This document shows positions 1 through 9,507 of a DNA stretch of 64,000 nt, piece by piece. Source of the DNA: Candidatus Bathyarchaeota archaeon (GTDB taxonomy: Archaea; Thermoproteota; Bathyarchaeia; Bathyarchaeales; Bathycorpusculaceae); the NCBI GenBank assembly GCA_963833575.1, contig CAWHXY010000004.1, positions 864,001-928,000 on the forward strand. Direction: 5' to 3'. Position 1 is the stretch's first letter; every line of letters starts with the position of its first letter. The position numbers were made by a program, and so were the translations under genes. The notes below the pieces were generated by a model. The model was not told where the DNA came from, made no database searches, and saw only the letters and a list, made by a program, of their open reading frames with translations.

Positions 1-418
1 ACGCGATTTTTCTGCAAATGTACTTTAGACTTTTCTCAATCTCAACCGTAAGCCGCGCATAAACAGAGGTCAACGTGTTGCCTAAACGATATTTAATATT
101 AGCTTTTGTCATTTCTTCCTTTCCAAGATAACCTGGAAAAAGAATGGTGAACAAATCCTCTAAAACTTCGGTTACTACTTTCTTTGATGGTAAATCTCTG
201 CCTTCAAGATGATCCATGCCACCGAAAGCTTGATAATTAGAAATGATCTGATCGACTAAATTCGGTAAGCCCTTTTCAACCCAGTCCTTCTCTACTTCAT
301 CATTGTTCTTCATTAATGTGTCAAGCATGCGATCTGGGTTCCAGCAGTCGATATCTCGATTCTGCTCTGCGCATTCTTTGCAGTTCTTTGGTCGAGGCTG
401 GTTTGTTTTTGTGGACAT
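1..418 (-). CDS. cysE: Serine O-acetyltransferase, long form; N-terminal part only, runs off the window edge
   Basis: Manual translation from ATG at 418: MSTKTNQPRPKNCKEC...LPSKKVVTEVLEDLFTILFPGYLG. The LPS...LFPGY segment is typical of long SATases, and the gene lies directly downstream of cysK. Not in the ORF track. Confidence 0.8.
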   Translation of the reverse strand, partial: MSTKTNQPRPKNCKECAEQNRDIDCWNPDRMLDTLMKNNDEVEKDWVEKGLPNLVDQIISNYQAFGGMDHLEGRDLPSKKVVTEVLEDLFTILFPGYLGKEEMTKANIKYRLGNTLTSVYARLTVEIEKSLKYICRKIA

Positions 419-484
419 TATGCTTCCCTTTTCGCTCAATAATGAAGAAAGGGGGATATAAAATAAGCGTCTTTAAGTCGAGAC

Positions 485-1435
485 TTAGATGCTTGAGTTT
501 GTGTTTGCAGGTTCTTGAAATAATACTGTGCTAAGGTAACGCTCGCCCGTGTCCGGTAGGATGACAACTATTAGTTTGTCTTTGTTTTCGGCTCTTTTCG
601 CTATTTCGATTGCTGCGTAGGCTGCTGCGCCTGACGATATGCCAACGAGTAATCCTTCTTTTTGAGCTAGTTGCCTTGCCGTCTGAAGTGCTTGATCGTC
701 AGTAACTTTGAATATTTCATCCACTATGTCGAGCTTTAGTACATCTGGTTTGAAGCCTGCGCCTATTCCTTGTATTTTGTGGGGTCCTTTCTGCCCTCCA
801 CTTAGAACTGGAGAGGCAGCGGGTTCAATGGCTATCGCTTTGAACTCTGGTTTCTGTGGCTTAATGAATTGAGCTATGCCCGTTATGGTTCCGCCAGTTC
901 CAACACCTGCAACTACGATGTCAACTTTGCCGTCGGTATCTTCCCAAATTTCTGGCCCAGTAGTTTCTCTATGAATTTTGGGGTTGGCTAGGTTTTTGAA
1001 CTGCTGGGGCATGAAACTGTTAAGGGTTTCTTTAACGAGTTCTTCGGCTTTTTTGATTGCGCCTCCCATACCCTCTGATCCTGGAGTCAGGACGAGTTGT
1101 GCGCCGTAGGCTTTGAGGAGGTTGCGGCGTTCGACACTCATGGTTTCTGGCATGGTTAGTATTAGTTTGTATCCTTTTACTGCTGCTACCATGGCTAAGC
1201 CGATGCCTGTGTTGCCGCTTGTGGGTTCGATGAGAGTTGCGCCGGGTTTGATTAAGCCTTGTTTTTCTGCTTCAGCTATCATGCTTAGGCAGATGCGGTC
1301 TTTGACGCTTCCTCCGGGGTTGCGCGCTTCAAGCTTGGCTACTACAGTTGCGTTTGTGTCTTGGGTTAGTTTGTTTAGCTTTACTAGTGGGGTTTTTCCT
1401 ATGGTTTCTAGGACGTTTTGGTAGATTTTTGTCAT
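485..1435 (-). CDS. cysK: Cysteine synthase A (O-acetylserine sulfhydrylase)
   Basis: PLP lysine motif NPGGSVKDR, plus [20 protein letters not shown] and [10 protein letters not shown]. Confidence 0.97.
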   Translation of the reverse strand: MTKIYQNVLETIGKTPLVKLNKLTQDTNATVVAKLEARNPGGSVKDRICLSMIAEAEKQGLIKPGATLIEPTSGNTGIGLAMVAAVKGYKLILTMPETMSVERRNLLKAYGAQLVLTPGSEGMGGAIKKAEELVKETLNSFMPQQFKNLANPKIHRETTGPEIWEDTDGKVDIVVAGVGTGGTITGIAQFIKPQKPEFKAIAIEPAASPVLSGGQKGPHKIQGIGAGFKPDVLKLDIVDEIFKVTDDQALQTARQLAQKEGLLVGISSGAAAYAAIEIAKRAENKDKLIVVILPDTGERYLSTVLFQEPANTNSSI

Positions 1436-1559
1436 ATAATCACCTGATTATAACACTGTTATAATTCTCGAGGAAATAAACTTTTCCAATTACAAAAAAT
1501 AATCAGCAACTTCAAATTTATAAACAAATCTAACGACCAACCGCACGCAACCGCAAAGT

Positions 1560-1572
1560 AAAGCCTTTAAAT
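1560..1572 (+). promoter_or_regulatory. Putative BRE/TATA box for the tRNA
   Basis: aaagcctttaaat about 45 nt upstream of the tRNA start. Confidence 0.35.
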
Positions 1573-1616
1573 GTCAAGACTAATTCTATATTTCGCACCA
1601 GCTCAAAAAATTCCAA

Positions 1617-1704
1617 GCGGAGGTCGCCCAGCATGGCCAAAGGCGTAGGACTGAGGCTCCTATCCCGCAGGGGTTCGTGGGTTCAAATCCCACCCTCCGC
1701 ACCA
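1617..1704 (+). tRNA. tRNA-Leu(GAG), CCA encoded, no intron
   Basis: Acceptor stem GCGGAGG/CCTCCGC, anticodon arm TAGGA-CT-GAG-GC-TCCTA, long variable arm, T-loop GTTCAAATC, discriminator A followed by CCA. Confidence 0.97.
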
Positions 1705-1843
1705 TTAAACTTCAATGCAGACTTATTTAGCTAAAAGGAGCAGCGTTTGTAGGATTAAGGCTCTCTGGGTTGCTGTTGCAGAAAATGGTTTGCTTGTTTT
1801 GAAGCAAGGGCGGTAATATACACAACGGAAAGGTGCAAATATG

Positions 1844-2194
1844 TCAGCTATCTACAGAATGTTTCTGAATCATAGATTTCCAAGAAGAAAGGAGTTCTTT
1901 TCTGCTTGCTTGCAAGATTAAAGCTTGTTCCTTTTTGGTTTCAATCAAGAAGTCTAAAGCTTTCTCGATCGATAACGCCGAAAACAGTGCAGGACGCTCA
2001 AGAGTAGCATTTACTATGCCTTTCCTCTGGAGACGTTTCAGACTTCTATAGAGTTGTTGCTTGTAAAGTTTTAGCGCTTCAGCTATGTCTGTTGCTTTTT
2101 GGAGACCTTCGGTTGTGAGATAGACGTAGATTTGGGCGTCTGTTTCTGAGAATCCTACACTTACGAGTGTTTTGAGCATCCAGTCTTTACTCAA
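1844..2194 (-). CDS. Stand-alone TrmB-type winged-helix protein
   Basis: GFSETDAQIYVYL...IAEALKLYKQQLYRSLKRLQRKGIV...RPALFSA is a TrmB N-terminal HTH plus coiled coil, with no effector domain. Confidence 0.8.
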   Translation of the reverse strand: MSKDWMLKTLVSVGFSETDAQIYVYLTTEGLQKATDIAEALKLYKQQLYRSLKRLQRKGIVNATLERPALFSALSIEKALDFLIETKKEQALILQASRKELLSSWKSMIQKHSVDS

Positions 2195-2263
2195 TCGAAC
2201 CGCATCCTCCTGGAAAGATAAAACGGAAAAAATGAGGAAAGAAATTTGTAAGCTGTTTGTTTG

Positions 2264-2854
2264 CTATAGAGGCCAACCGCCGATTAGGCCGAAGTGGCGT
2301 ACGACATAACCCGTTGAAACTCCTCCCATTGCAGATCCATCACCATGCACATTGCTGAACATTTTAGTACCGCTTAATTGGAAATTGCCAAACTCTTCCC
2401 AATGGCTGATATCCATAGCAGGAGATAGAATTAAACCCGAAACTTTCTCCTCCGCCCGACCGTTCAAAGTTGGATGCCCAGGCAAGTTTTTGAAGGTAAG
2501 TGTCTCCTGAATTATATCTAAACCATATCCCGTGACATAATTGAGTTCCATGTGGCCGGCATAACTGTAGTCAAAATCCTTAGGATAATTATACACCACG
2601 CCGTTTATTGTGACACTAGCCGATACTATAGCTGCTTCTGTACTATAGATTTCTTGGACGACGACTGGGAAACCGCTGGTATCCATGAGAGTATTGACGA
2701 CACCGGCCGGGTTAATACTTACTTTGAAGTCGTAGATTACATATTCTGGTTTGGGTTTACAGGGCAACCCTGCTTGGGACAGTGTTAACATCGATGATGA
2801 TATGAGTATAGTCGTTAATGCGATGATGGAGATTAAAAGAGTCTTTCTTTTCAT
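2264..2854 (-). CDS. Hypothetical secreted beta-rich protein
   Basis: MKRK plus hydrophobic signal peptide; GGAGGTGA RBS upstream. Confidence 0.75.
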   Translation of the reverse strand: MKRKTLLISIIALTTILISSSMLTLSQAGLPCKPKPEYVIYDFKVSINPAGVVNTLMDTSGFPVVVQEIYSTEAAIVSASVTINGVVYNYPKDFDYSYAGHMELNYVTGYGLDIIQETLTFKNLPGHPTLNGRAEEKVSGLILSPAMDISHWEEFGNFQLSGTKMFSNVHGDGSAMGGVSTGYVVRHFGLIGGWPL

Positions 2855-2981
2855 TTTTTCTCACCTCCCTACAGATTAGTGGATGGTTCGTTTCAAATCA
2901 TCGAAAAACAATTAAGCCCTTGACGTTACTTAAACTTGGACGAGTGACAAAGTCTATCACCGTACGATCGGGGTAGCTGGA

Positions 2982-5036
2982 TTGAGCGAGGAAACAATAA
3001 AAAAAGTTCTCATGAATTCTGGCTTAACCGAAAAAGAGGCAGAGGTGTACATTTTCCTCGCCAAGCGCGACGCGATGAAAGTTACCGAAATCGCCAGACT
3101 GCTTGGGAAAGATAAGGCGCAGGTTTTTCACATTCTAAATAAGCTTCAAGCCAAAGGTTTTGCAGAGTCAACTGCAGAGTTTCCCACACACTTCACAGTA
3201 GTTCCATTCGAGAACATTCTAGACTCGATTATTGGAGCTAGGCAAAAAGAAGTTACCCTTATAGAGAAAAGCAGGAAAGAACTCCTTGACTACCTAAAGA
3301 AAAAACACAAGACAGAGCTGGAACCTTCCTTAGAAAAGTTTGTCGTATTCAAAGGAAACAAAAGAATCTACTCAAGAATATCCAAGATGATTCTAGATAC
3401 TAAACATCAACTGTTGACAGCAACGACTGTTCCAGGTCTGATGCGTGCTGACCAATTTGGCATTTTTGACATGGCCTTTACTCATCCTTTGAGGTCACAA
3501 ATTACGTATCGTTTTCTCACCGAATTGTCAGAAAAAAACCTGAATATTATGAAAACCGTTCTCAAGAGAGCACGTAAGACCGACTTCAATCTGAAGGCAA
3601 GAAATCCTGATTTAGGCCTGAGTCTTTTTCCCAGAATGGTCACAAGAGATAACGAAGAAATATTGTTCTTCATCACGCCAAGATCGGACAAGACAGAAAA
3701 GGATGACGTATGCCTTTGGACGAACTGTAAGTCTCTGGTACAAGCTTTTACAGCTGTCTTTGAGGATTTGTGGACTAACTCCACAGACATAAATGAAAAA
3801 ATTTCGGAGATTGAAACTGGTAAACCAACACCGACAACGCGCGTTATCAGTGACGCTCACACTGCCCTTGAGACCTACAATGAGACCCTGAGGTCAGCTC
3901 AAGAGGAAATCATGATAATGACCTCTTCAAAAGGTCTCATTGAATCTTGGAAACATATTTCCATGCTGAAAGAACAGATTGAACGAGGAATCTCTGTTAA
4001 AATCATGTCGCCCATAATCAAGGACAACTTGCAGGCTGCTCAAGAGTTATTGAAATGCTGTGCTGTCAAGCATGTGATTGCAAGCTACTCTGACACAGTT
4101 ATTGTTGATGGAAAACGCCTCTTCCAGTCTCAAGCATTCTCCAATCAGAAATCTGCCTTAACGCCGCATTTCTATACTGATGATTTTGAATACGTGGTAA
4201 AGACCAAAAAGATGTTAAATGAAGTTTGGAAAAACTCATCCGTTCCTTCAGTCATCACTCTGGACTCTATCCTGAAACCTCCAATACCCGCAAGCGTTCC
4301 TCCTCCTGAAGAAGAACACGCTTGGTCCAAGCCAGATGGGGCATACCAGAAAATGATCCATGCGGTCGTGGAGAAACCTGGGATAATCACAGAAAAAGAC
4401 GTTTTGAACAAGATCGTCAACGCCGAGAAATACCCGCTCAAAGACTGGGCTAAGGATATAATAAGAGTTTACGGTAGCAGCGGACACGCCGTTATTCACC
4501 CGCCAGACAGCTTTAACCTGCCTGATATGATGATTTGGGTCAACCATTTCAACAAGCAATCCCAGCAAGGTGGCGGGGACAGGCTAATAGTCTACTTGTG
4601 GCTTGAAACACCTAAGGGCTACGCTTACGTGCCAGTAGTTGTCGTTACAGACAACCCCCGAGCTGTGGAGTCTGAGAAGGTACAAAATGCAGGCACTCCT
4701 GCCGGAGAAAACGTTCATCTCGTCAGGAAAAACGAGCTCCAGGTACGAGTTCAAGGTAACATTGTTTTCGCTGGATGGACTAAGCCTATCCCACTTCTTC
4801 CATCACTTAGTCTACCACCTGCTTGCATATTGCTTGAAGGCTACAGTAAACTCAACAGCGGCGTTGTTGAGTATGTGTTACCTTCCGGCGTAAAGACAAA
4901 TATTGAGTATAATGGTTTCGATGCGTTTGTAACTTTCTTTCATCCAGCGTCAAAATATTCTGGTCCCGGAACTGAAGGAACAATCGGCAGAGACATAGTT
5001 ATAACCATGTACCCACCTCGAGCGACGGAAACCTAA
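2982..5036 (+). CDS. Large multidomain TrmB-family transcriptional regulator
   Basis: N-terminal GLTEKEAEVYIFL...L.KLQAKG HTH, two TrmB effector (PLD-like) modules and an unknown C-terminal domain. Confidence 0.8.
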   Translation: MSEETIKKVLMNSGLTEKEAEVYIFLAKRDAMKVTEIARLLGKDKAQVFHILNKLQAKGFAESTAEFPTHFTVVPFENILDSIIGARQKEVTLIEKSRKELLDYLKKKHKTELEPSLEKFVVFKGNKRIYSRISKMILDTKHQLLTATTVPGLMRADQFGIFDMAFTHPLRSQITYRFLTELSEKNLNIMKTVLKRARKTDFNLKARNPDLGLSLFPRMVTRDNEEILFFITPRSDKTEKDDVCLWTNCKSLVQAFTAVFEDLWTNSTDINEKISEIETGKPTPTTRVISDAHTALETYNETLRSAQEEIMIMTSSKGLIESWKHISMLKEQIERGISVKIMSPIIKDNLQAAQELLKCCAVKHVIASYSDTVIVDGKRLFQSQAFSNQKSALTPHFYTDDFEYVVKTKKMLNEVWKNSSVPSVITLDSILKPPIPASVPPPEEEHAWSKPDGAYQKMIHAVVEKPGIITEKDVLNKIVNAEKYPLKDWAKDIIRVYGSSGHAVIHPPDSFNLPDMMIWVNHFNKQSQQGGGDRLIVYLWLETPKGYAYVPVVVVTDNPRAVESEKVQNAGTPAGENVHLVRKNELQVRVQGNIVFAGWTKPIPLLPSLSLPPACILLEGYSKLNSGVVEYVLPSGVKTNIEYNGFDAFVTFFHPASKYSGPGTEGTIGRDIVITMYPPRATET

Positions 5037-5081
5037 TTTCTTCTATTAAACTTCACCAAGCTATTTTTGCCGGTAAAATAA

Positions 5082-5106
5082 GGTTGAGATCCCATCCTCC
5101 GCACCA
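5082..5106 (+). repeat. Degenerate direct repeat of the tRNA-Leu 3' end (attR-like)
   Basis: ggttgagatcccatcctccgcacca vs tRNA 1680-1704 ggttcaaatcccaccctccgcacca, 22/25 identical. Confidence 0.8.
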
Positions 5107-5177
5107 AATTAATTGTAAAGTTGCAACAGCAAAAATGTAATATAATTGTTTTTTATACTCTGACCACTGTGACTAAA

Positions 5178-5630
5178 ATGGCTTTAGCGGTTAGGTATTA
5201 TTTTAGCCAGCGTTTTGCTTTCCCTGCCCAGAAGGTGTTCGATTGGTGCACCGATTTTGATCCTAAGGACCATGTGCTAATGGGTGACGCGAATGCTAAG
5301 CGACAAATTAGCCACATCACTGATGATACCATAATATTGAAAGATGTTTTTCTAACACCATCAGGCCCTTTGGAAAAGGAAAAGCTTGTACAACTTTATC
5401 CAAACCGACTATCATGGACATCAACGCATTTAACAGGTCCAAACAAATACTCACAATTTCTATACAAGATTACTTCAGAGGGTAAGGGCTTTTCAGCTTT
5501 GAACTTTACTGCTCTCCACATTGAGTATGACGAAAAAGCGGATGCTAAGCTGCTTGCCGATCGATTGTGCAAGGAGGATGCGGCTGCTTGGAAGCTTTTG
5601 GCAAAAGCAATGGCGGAAGAATGCACTTAG
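5178..5630 (+). CDS. Hypothetical protein, possibly SRPBCC/START-like fold
   Basis: ORF with likely ATG at 5178; PAQKVFDWCTD resembles an SRPBCC N-terminus. Confidence 0.55.
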   Translation: MALAVRYYFSQRFAFPAQKVFDWCTDFDPKDHVLMGDANAKRQISHITDDTIILKDVFLTPSGPLEKEKLVQLYPNRLSWTSTHLTGPNKYSQFLYKITSEGKGFSALNFTALHIEYDEKADAKLLADRLCKEDAAAWKLLAKAMAEECT

Positions 5631-5758
5631 TTTCCACGTAATTTAGTTGCATAACTGAATTGGAAAGCACCTTTTTTGATTAAAAATTCATTTTTCTTAA
5701 GTAATGGTTAAAAGCTAATGATGCACACAATATCTAAAACCGAAAGGTTTGGTTAAAA

Positions 5759-6382
5759 ATGCAGTCTGCTAAAACCGAACAAAAAAGAAAATTCGTATCT
5801 GTTGACCCTGGTAAGTGTATTGGCTGTGGAATCTGCGAGTACGCTTGCACAGTAGAAAAGGGAGAAGGCGTATGGAACCCAATTAGGTCCCGAATTCGAG
5901 TAGTTCGTATGGCTCCAGTTTTCAATTTTGCATTGTCATGCCGCGCCTGCAAAGACGCTAAATGCGTAAAAGCCTGCCCGGAAAGAGCAATTTCTCAATC
6001 AGAAAGTACAGGTTTACTAATTATCGATGAAAAGAAATGTAAAGGCTGCGACTGGTGCGTACAAGCCTGTGACCACGGCGGAATAACCATACATGCTGAC
6101 ACGGGAATAGCCATAGCCTGCGATTTGTGCCAAGGCGAACCAAAATGTGTCGACTCTTGTCCAGAAGAAGCTTTGCAAATCGTTGATTCCGATGAAGCGG
6201 CAGACAAACTCTTCAACGACGCATTAGAAAAATTGCCTGCACAAACTGAACAGTTAACAACTACCATCAAAAATAAGGACTGGAAACCGCTGCTTGCAAA
6301 TGCAGAGAAAAGATCCGAAAAAGTAACAGAGAAACTTGTTGCCTTAAACAAGAAGGCAATGGCGTCGCAAAAACAAAAGTAA
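5759..6382 (+). CDS. 4x[4Fe-4S] ferredoxin-like protein (DmsB/CooF-like) with helical C-terminal tail
   Basis: CIGCGICEYAC, CRACKDAKCVKACP, CKGCDWCVQAC, CDLCQGEPKCVDSCP. Confidence 0.88.
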   Translation: MQSAKTEQKRKFVSVDPGKCIGCGICEYACTVEKGEGVWNPIRSRIRVVRMAPVFNFALSCRACKDAKCVKACPERAISQSESTGLLIIDEKKCKGCDWCVQACDHGGITIHADTGIAIACDLCQGEPKCVDSCPEEALQIVDSDEAADKLFNDALEKLPAQTEQLTTTIKNKDWKPLLANAEKRSEKVTEKLVALNKKAMASQKQK

Positions 6383-6391
6383 ATTTTTTCG

Positions 6392-7252
6392 TTAGAGGTT
6401 TTCTTCATAACCTCTCAATAAATTATCTATATCCAATCCCACATTTTCACCAACGTAGCCGCCTTCTAAAACAAAGAACGTGGGTTTTTGTAATTGTGCA
6501 ATTCTTTTGCCAATTTTCTGGTAGTCAGCACAAATTAAACCCAAAGATGCCAAGTCTTTAAGGTGTGTGTCAAAACCACAGGAAACCGCGACTTGCTCAA
6601 TCTTATCCAACTGAACCATACATAACGCCTTGTCAAGAGTCTTTAGATAATTTGCGCCGCCGCATTCTGGTTGTAAAGCGAAATTGATGCAATTTCCTTC
6701 TGTTAAAGCTCCTGTTCCTGGAAAATTTGGTGACTGATGCAAGGATACATAAGTCACTTTGTCGTCGTTTTGAAAAACCTCTTGTGTTCCATTTCCGTGG
6801 TGTCCATCAATATCTAAAATCAAAGTTTTTTTGTCCAACTCTTTAACTGCGATTGCTATGTTGTTGAAGTAGCAGAATCCACGGGTATAGACACCTAAGG
6901 CAGCGCCGTACCTGCCAACATGATGCCCTGGCGGACGCATAAGTGAGAATCCATTAATTTTGCTGGCTAAAAGTGAGCCTCCGACTGAGAGTCTCGCAAA
7001 TTCGAAGATGTTGTCGTATGCGGGAGTATCGGAATCTTCGACCAGCCCTTTCTTGACTTTCCAAATATACTCTGGGTCATGAACAGCTAAAATATCATCT
7101 TCGCTTGCAGGTGTTGGCGTCAAAAACTCATAACCTTTAGTTTTCAAAATGTCATGTGCAGTTTTAACTCTTTGCGGGCCTTCAATATGCCAGGTGCCAT
7201 AGCCTAAACACTTTTCTGAATAGACTACCTTAGTTTTCATGGCTAAATGCAT
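6392..7252 (-). CDS. Histone-deacetylase family (AcuC/AphA-like) Zn deacetylase
   Basis: RPPGHH, GFCYFNN, DIDGHHGNGT, GFD, LEGGY; the start may be 7240. Confidence 0.92.
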   Translation of the reverse strand: MHLAMKTKVVYSEKCLGYGTWHIEGPQRVKTAHDILKTKGYEFLTPTPASEDDILAVHDPEYIWKVKKGLVEDSDTPAYDNIFEFARLSVGGSLLASKINGFSLMRPPGHHVGRYGAALGVYTRGFCYFNNIAIAVKELDKKTLILDIDGHHGNGTQEVFQNDDKVTYVSLHQSPNFPGTGALTEGNCINFALQPECGGANYLKTLDKALCMVQLDKIEQVAVSCGFDTHLKDLASLGLICADYQKIGKRIAQLQKPTFFVLEGGYVGENVGLDIDNLLRGYEENL

Positions 7253-7333
7253 CCATTAGACAGATAAATGCGCGTACACATTTAAAAAACATAACGCAAA
7301 CAAAGTAAGCGTCAACTAGAAAACGGGCGAAAA

Positions 7334-9286
7334 ATGATGATTTCAGTAAATCCGTACGAACAATTTCGACTAGAGTGCGAAAATGCGTTAGCAAACGCGC
7401 TAAAAAAAGCGTTGCCAGAAATTAAAACGCCGACTATTGCACTAAATAAAACACCTAACATTGATTATGGTCAGTTAGCGTCCTCGCTTAGTTTTGAATT
7501 GGCAAAAAAACTCAACGAAAAACCGCTAAGCGTTGCAAATATTATTGTTGACGCAATCGACAAATCCAGTTTTGAATTAATCGAAAAGGTTACGTGCGCG
7601 GGCGCAGGGTACATAAATTTTCATGTTAACTTCGAAAAGTTTTCAGCTTCAACTCTTCAGTCGGTTAAGCAATTGAAGTCAGATTACGGCTTTGTTAAAG
7701 CTGCTAGACGCACCAAAATCATTGTGGAGCATACAAGCGTCAATCCTCTTCACCCAATTCACATTGGACAAGCCAGGAATCCTATGCTTGGTGATGCGTT
7801 AGCACGAATTCTAGAATGCAGAGGGCATGAGGTTTCGCGACATTATTACATTGATGATGTGGGCAGACAATCATCTGTGGTTGCTTATGGCTATGAAAAG
7901 CTTGGAAGACCCAAGCCAACCGAAAAACCAGATCTTTTCGTTGGCAAAATCTACACAGTTACTAGTTGCATTGTTGAAATTAATCGACAAAAAAGAGTGC
8001 GTGAACTCGCTATAGTTGTCCAGTCGATAGAAGATTTGGCCAAGGCAAATAAGGAAATTGACGAGTGGATGTCAATCGCGGCTGAACTCAAAGAAAAATT
8101 CCCTGTTCTTTTTGATCTTTTAATGACTAAAATCGGAGAAGACGAAAACCCAGAGGAAGAAATAAACCGCCTAAACCGAGCTTACGAGGACGGAGAACCC
8201 CACGCTAAACAGCTTATCCGTGAAGTCAGCGATTTGTGCCTTGAGGGTTTTAGAGAAACAATGAAACGGGTTGATGTCACCTATGATTCGTGGGATTGGG
8301 AAAGCGACTTTGTTTGGAGCGCTCAGGTTAATGAGGTTTTGCAGAAGCTCAAAACTTCACCTTTTGTTTATAATGAAAAAGATGTGCTGGAGTTTGATGC
8401 TGACAAAGTATCCAACGTTTTGAACTTGAGAGGCAAATTGGGTTTAAGTGAGAACAATGAAGTTCCTCCGTTAACGCTTGGGCGAGCAGACGGCACAACA
8501 CTCTACACAACACGTGACATTGCTTACACGTTATGGAAGTTTAAGCGGGCACAAAAAGTCATAAATGTCATCGGTATGGAACAGTCACTTGCACAACTGC
8601 AATTAAAAATTGCACTCTATGCATTAGGCTACACTGAATGTGCTGAGAATTTAGTTCATTTTGCTTACAACTTGGTTACATTACCAGGTTACAAGATGAG
8701 CAGCCGCAGAGGACACTACATTACCTTCGACCAAGTTCTTGACGAAGCGGTCCAACGCGCATACGAAGAAGTTTCGAAACGCTCGCCACAACTATCCGAG
8801 GAAGAAAAACGTAAAATCGCGAATTTTGTAGGTTTAGGCGCCGTCCGTTATGCCCTTGTTGATGTAGACAGTTCAAAACCAGTCATCTTCACCTGGGAAC
8901 GTGTCCTCAATTTCGAAACTAACAGTGCCCCATATGTGCAGTATACTCATGCAAGGGCATGCAGTATTTTACGCAAGGCCGCCAGAGAACCAGAAAAACC
9001 AGCTTATGAACTGCTATCAGAAAAGCTTGAACGCGAACTTATCTTGAATCTTGCAAGTTTCCCGGACACATTCATAGACGCCGCAGAATACCTCAAGCCA
9101 AACTTGATTGCTGATTACGCAAATGCGTTGGCAGACAAATTTAACACTTTCTACAATGCGCTCCCCGTCATAAAAGCCGAATCACAAGAGCTAAGTGACG
9201 CACGATTAACCTTGACACAAGCTATACAGATCGTAATGCATAACGCCCTAACCCTGATCGGTGTCGTTGCTCCCGAGAAAATGTAA
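7334..9286 (+). CDS. argS: Arginine--tRNA ligase
   Basis: EHTSVNPLHPIHIGQARN (HIGH), KMSSRRG, YVQYTHARACSIL, terminal PEKM. Confidence 0.97.
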   Translation: MMISVNPYEQFRLECENALANALKKALPEIKTPTIALNKTPNIDYGQLASSLSFELAKKLNEKPLSVANIIVDAIDKSSFELIEKVTCAGAGYINFHVNFEKFSASTLQSVKQLKSDYGFVKAARRTKIIVEHTSVNPLHPIHIGQARNPMLGDALARILECRGHEVSRHYYIDDVGRQSSVVAYGYEKLGRPKPTEKPDLFVGKIYTVTSCIVEINRQKRVRELAIVVQSIEDLAKANKEIDEWMSIAAELKEKFPVLFDLLMTKIGEDENPEEEINRLNRAYEDGEPHAKQLIREVSDLCLEGFRETMKRVDVTYDSWDWESDFVWSAQVNEVLQKLKTSPFVYNEKDVLEFDADKVSNVLNLRGKLGLSENNEVPPLTLGRADGTTLYTTRDIAYTLWKFKRAQKVINVIGMEQSLAQLQLKIALYALGYTECAENLVHFAYNLVTLPGYKMSSRRGHYITFDQVLDEAVQRAYEEVSKRSPQLSEEEKRKIANFVGLGAVRYALVDVDSSKPVIFTWERVLNFETNSAPYVQYTHARACSILRKAAREPEKPAYELLSEKLERELILNLASFPDTFIDAAEYLKPNLIADYANALADKFNTFYNALPVIKAESQELSDARLTLTQAIQIVMHNALTLIGVVAPEKM

Positions 9287-9507
9287 TAAACTGTTGAATT
9301 TAGGATTTTGACACTGAAAACACCAATCCTTCTTTTCAATTTTGATAAAATAGAGCAATTAATCATCAATAACAAACTATCAATAACTTGTTTAGAATGA
9401 GAAAAGAGCCTGCGCTAGAGAAAACAGTTTATCCAGATTATTTTGCTATTTGTTTCGATGACAAATTTCATATAGAAGCCTAATAATTTACAACGAGGTG
9501 CACCATA

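Noticed and set aside
1705-5081. tRNA-linked islet considered as an active provirus or transposon
   Set aside because: There is no integrase, transposase, replication or virion gene, and the att copy is degenerate.
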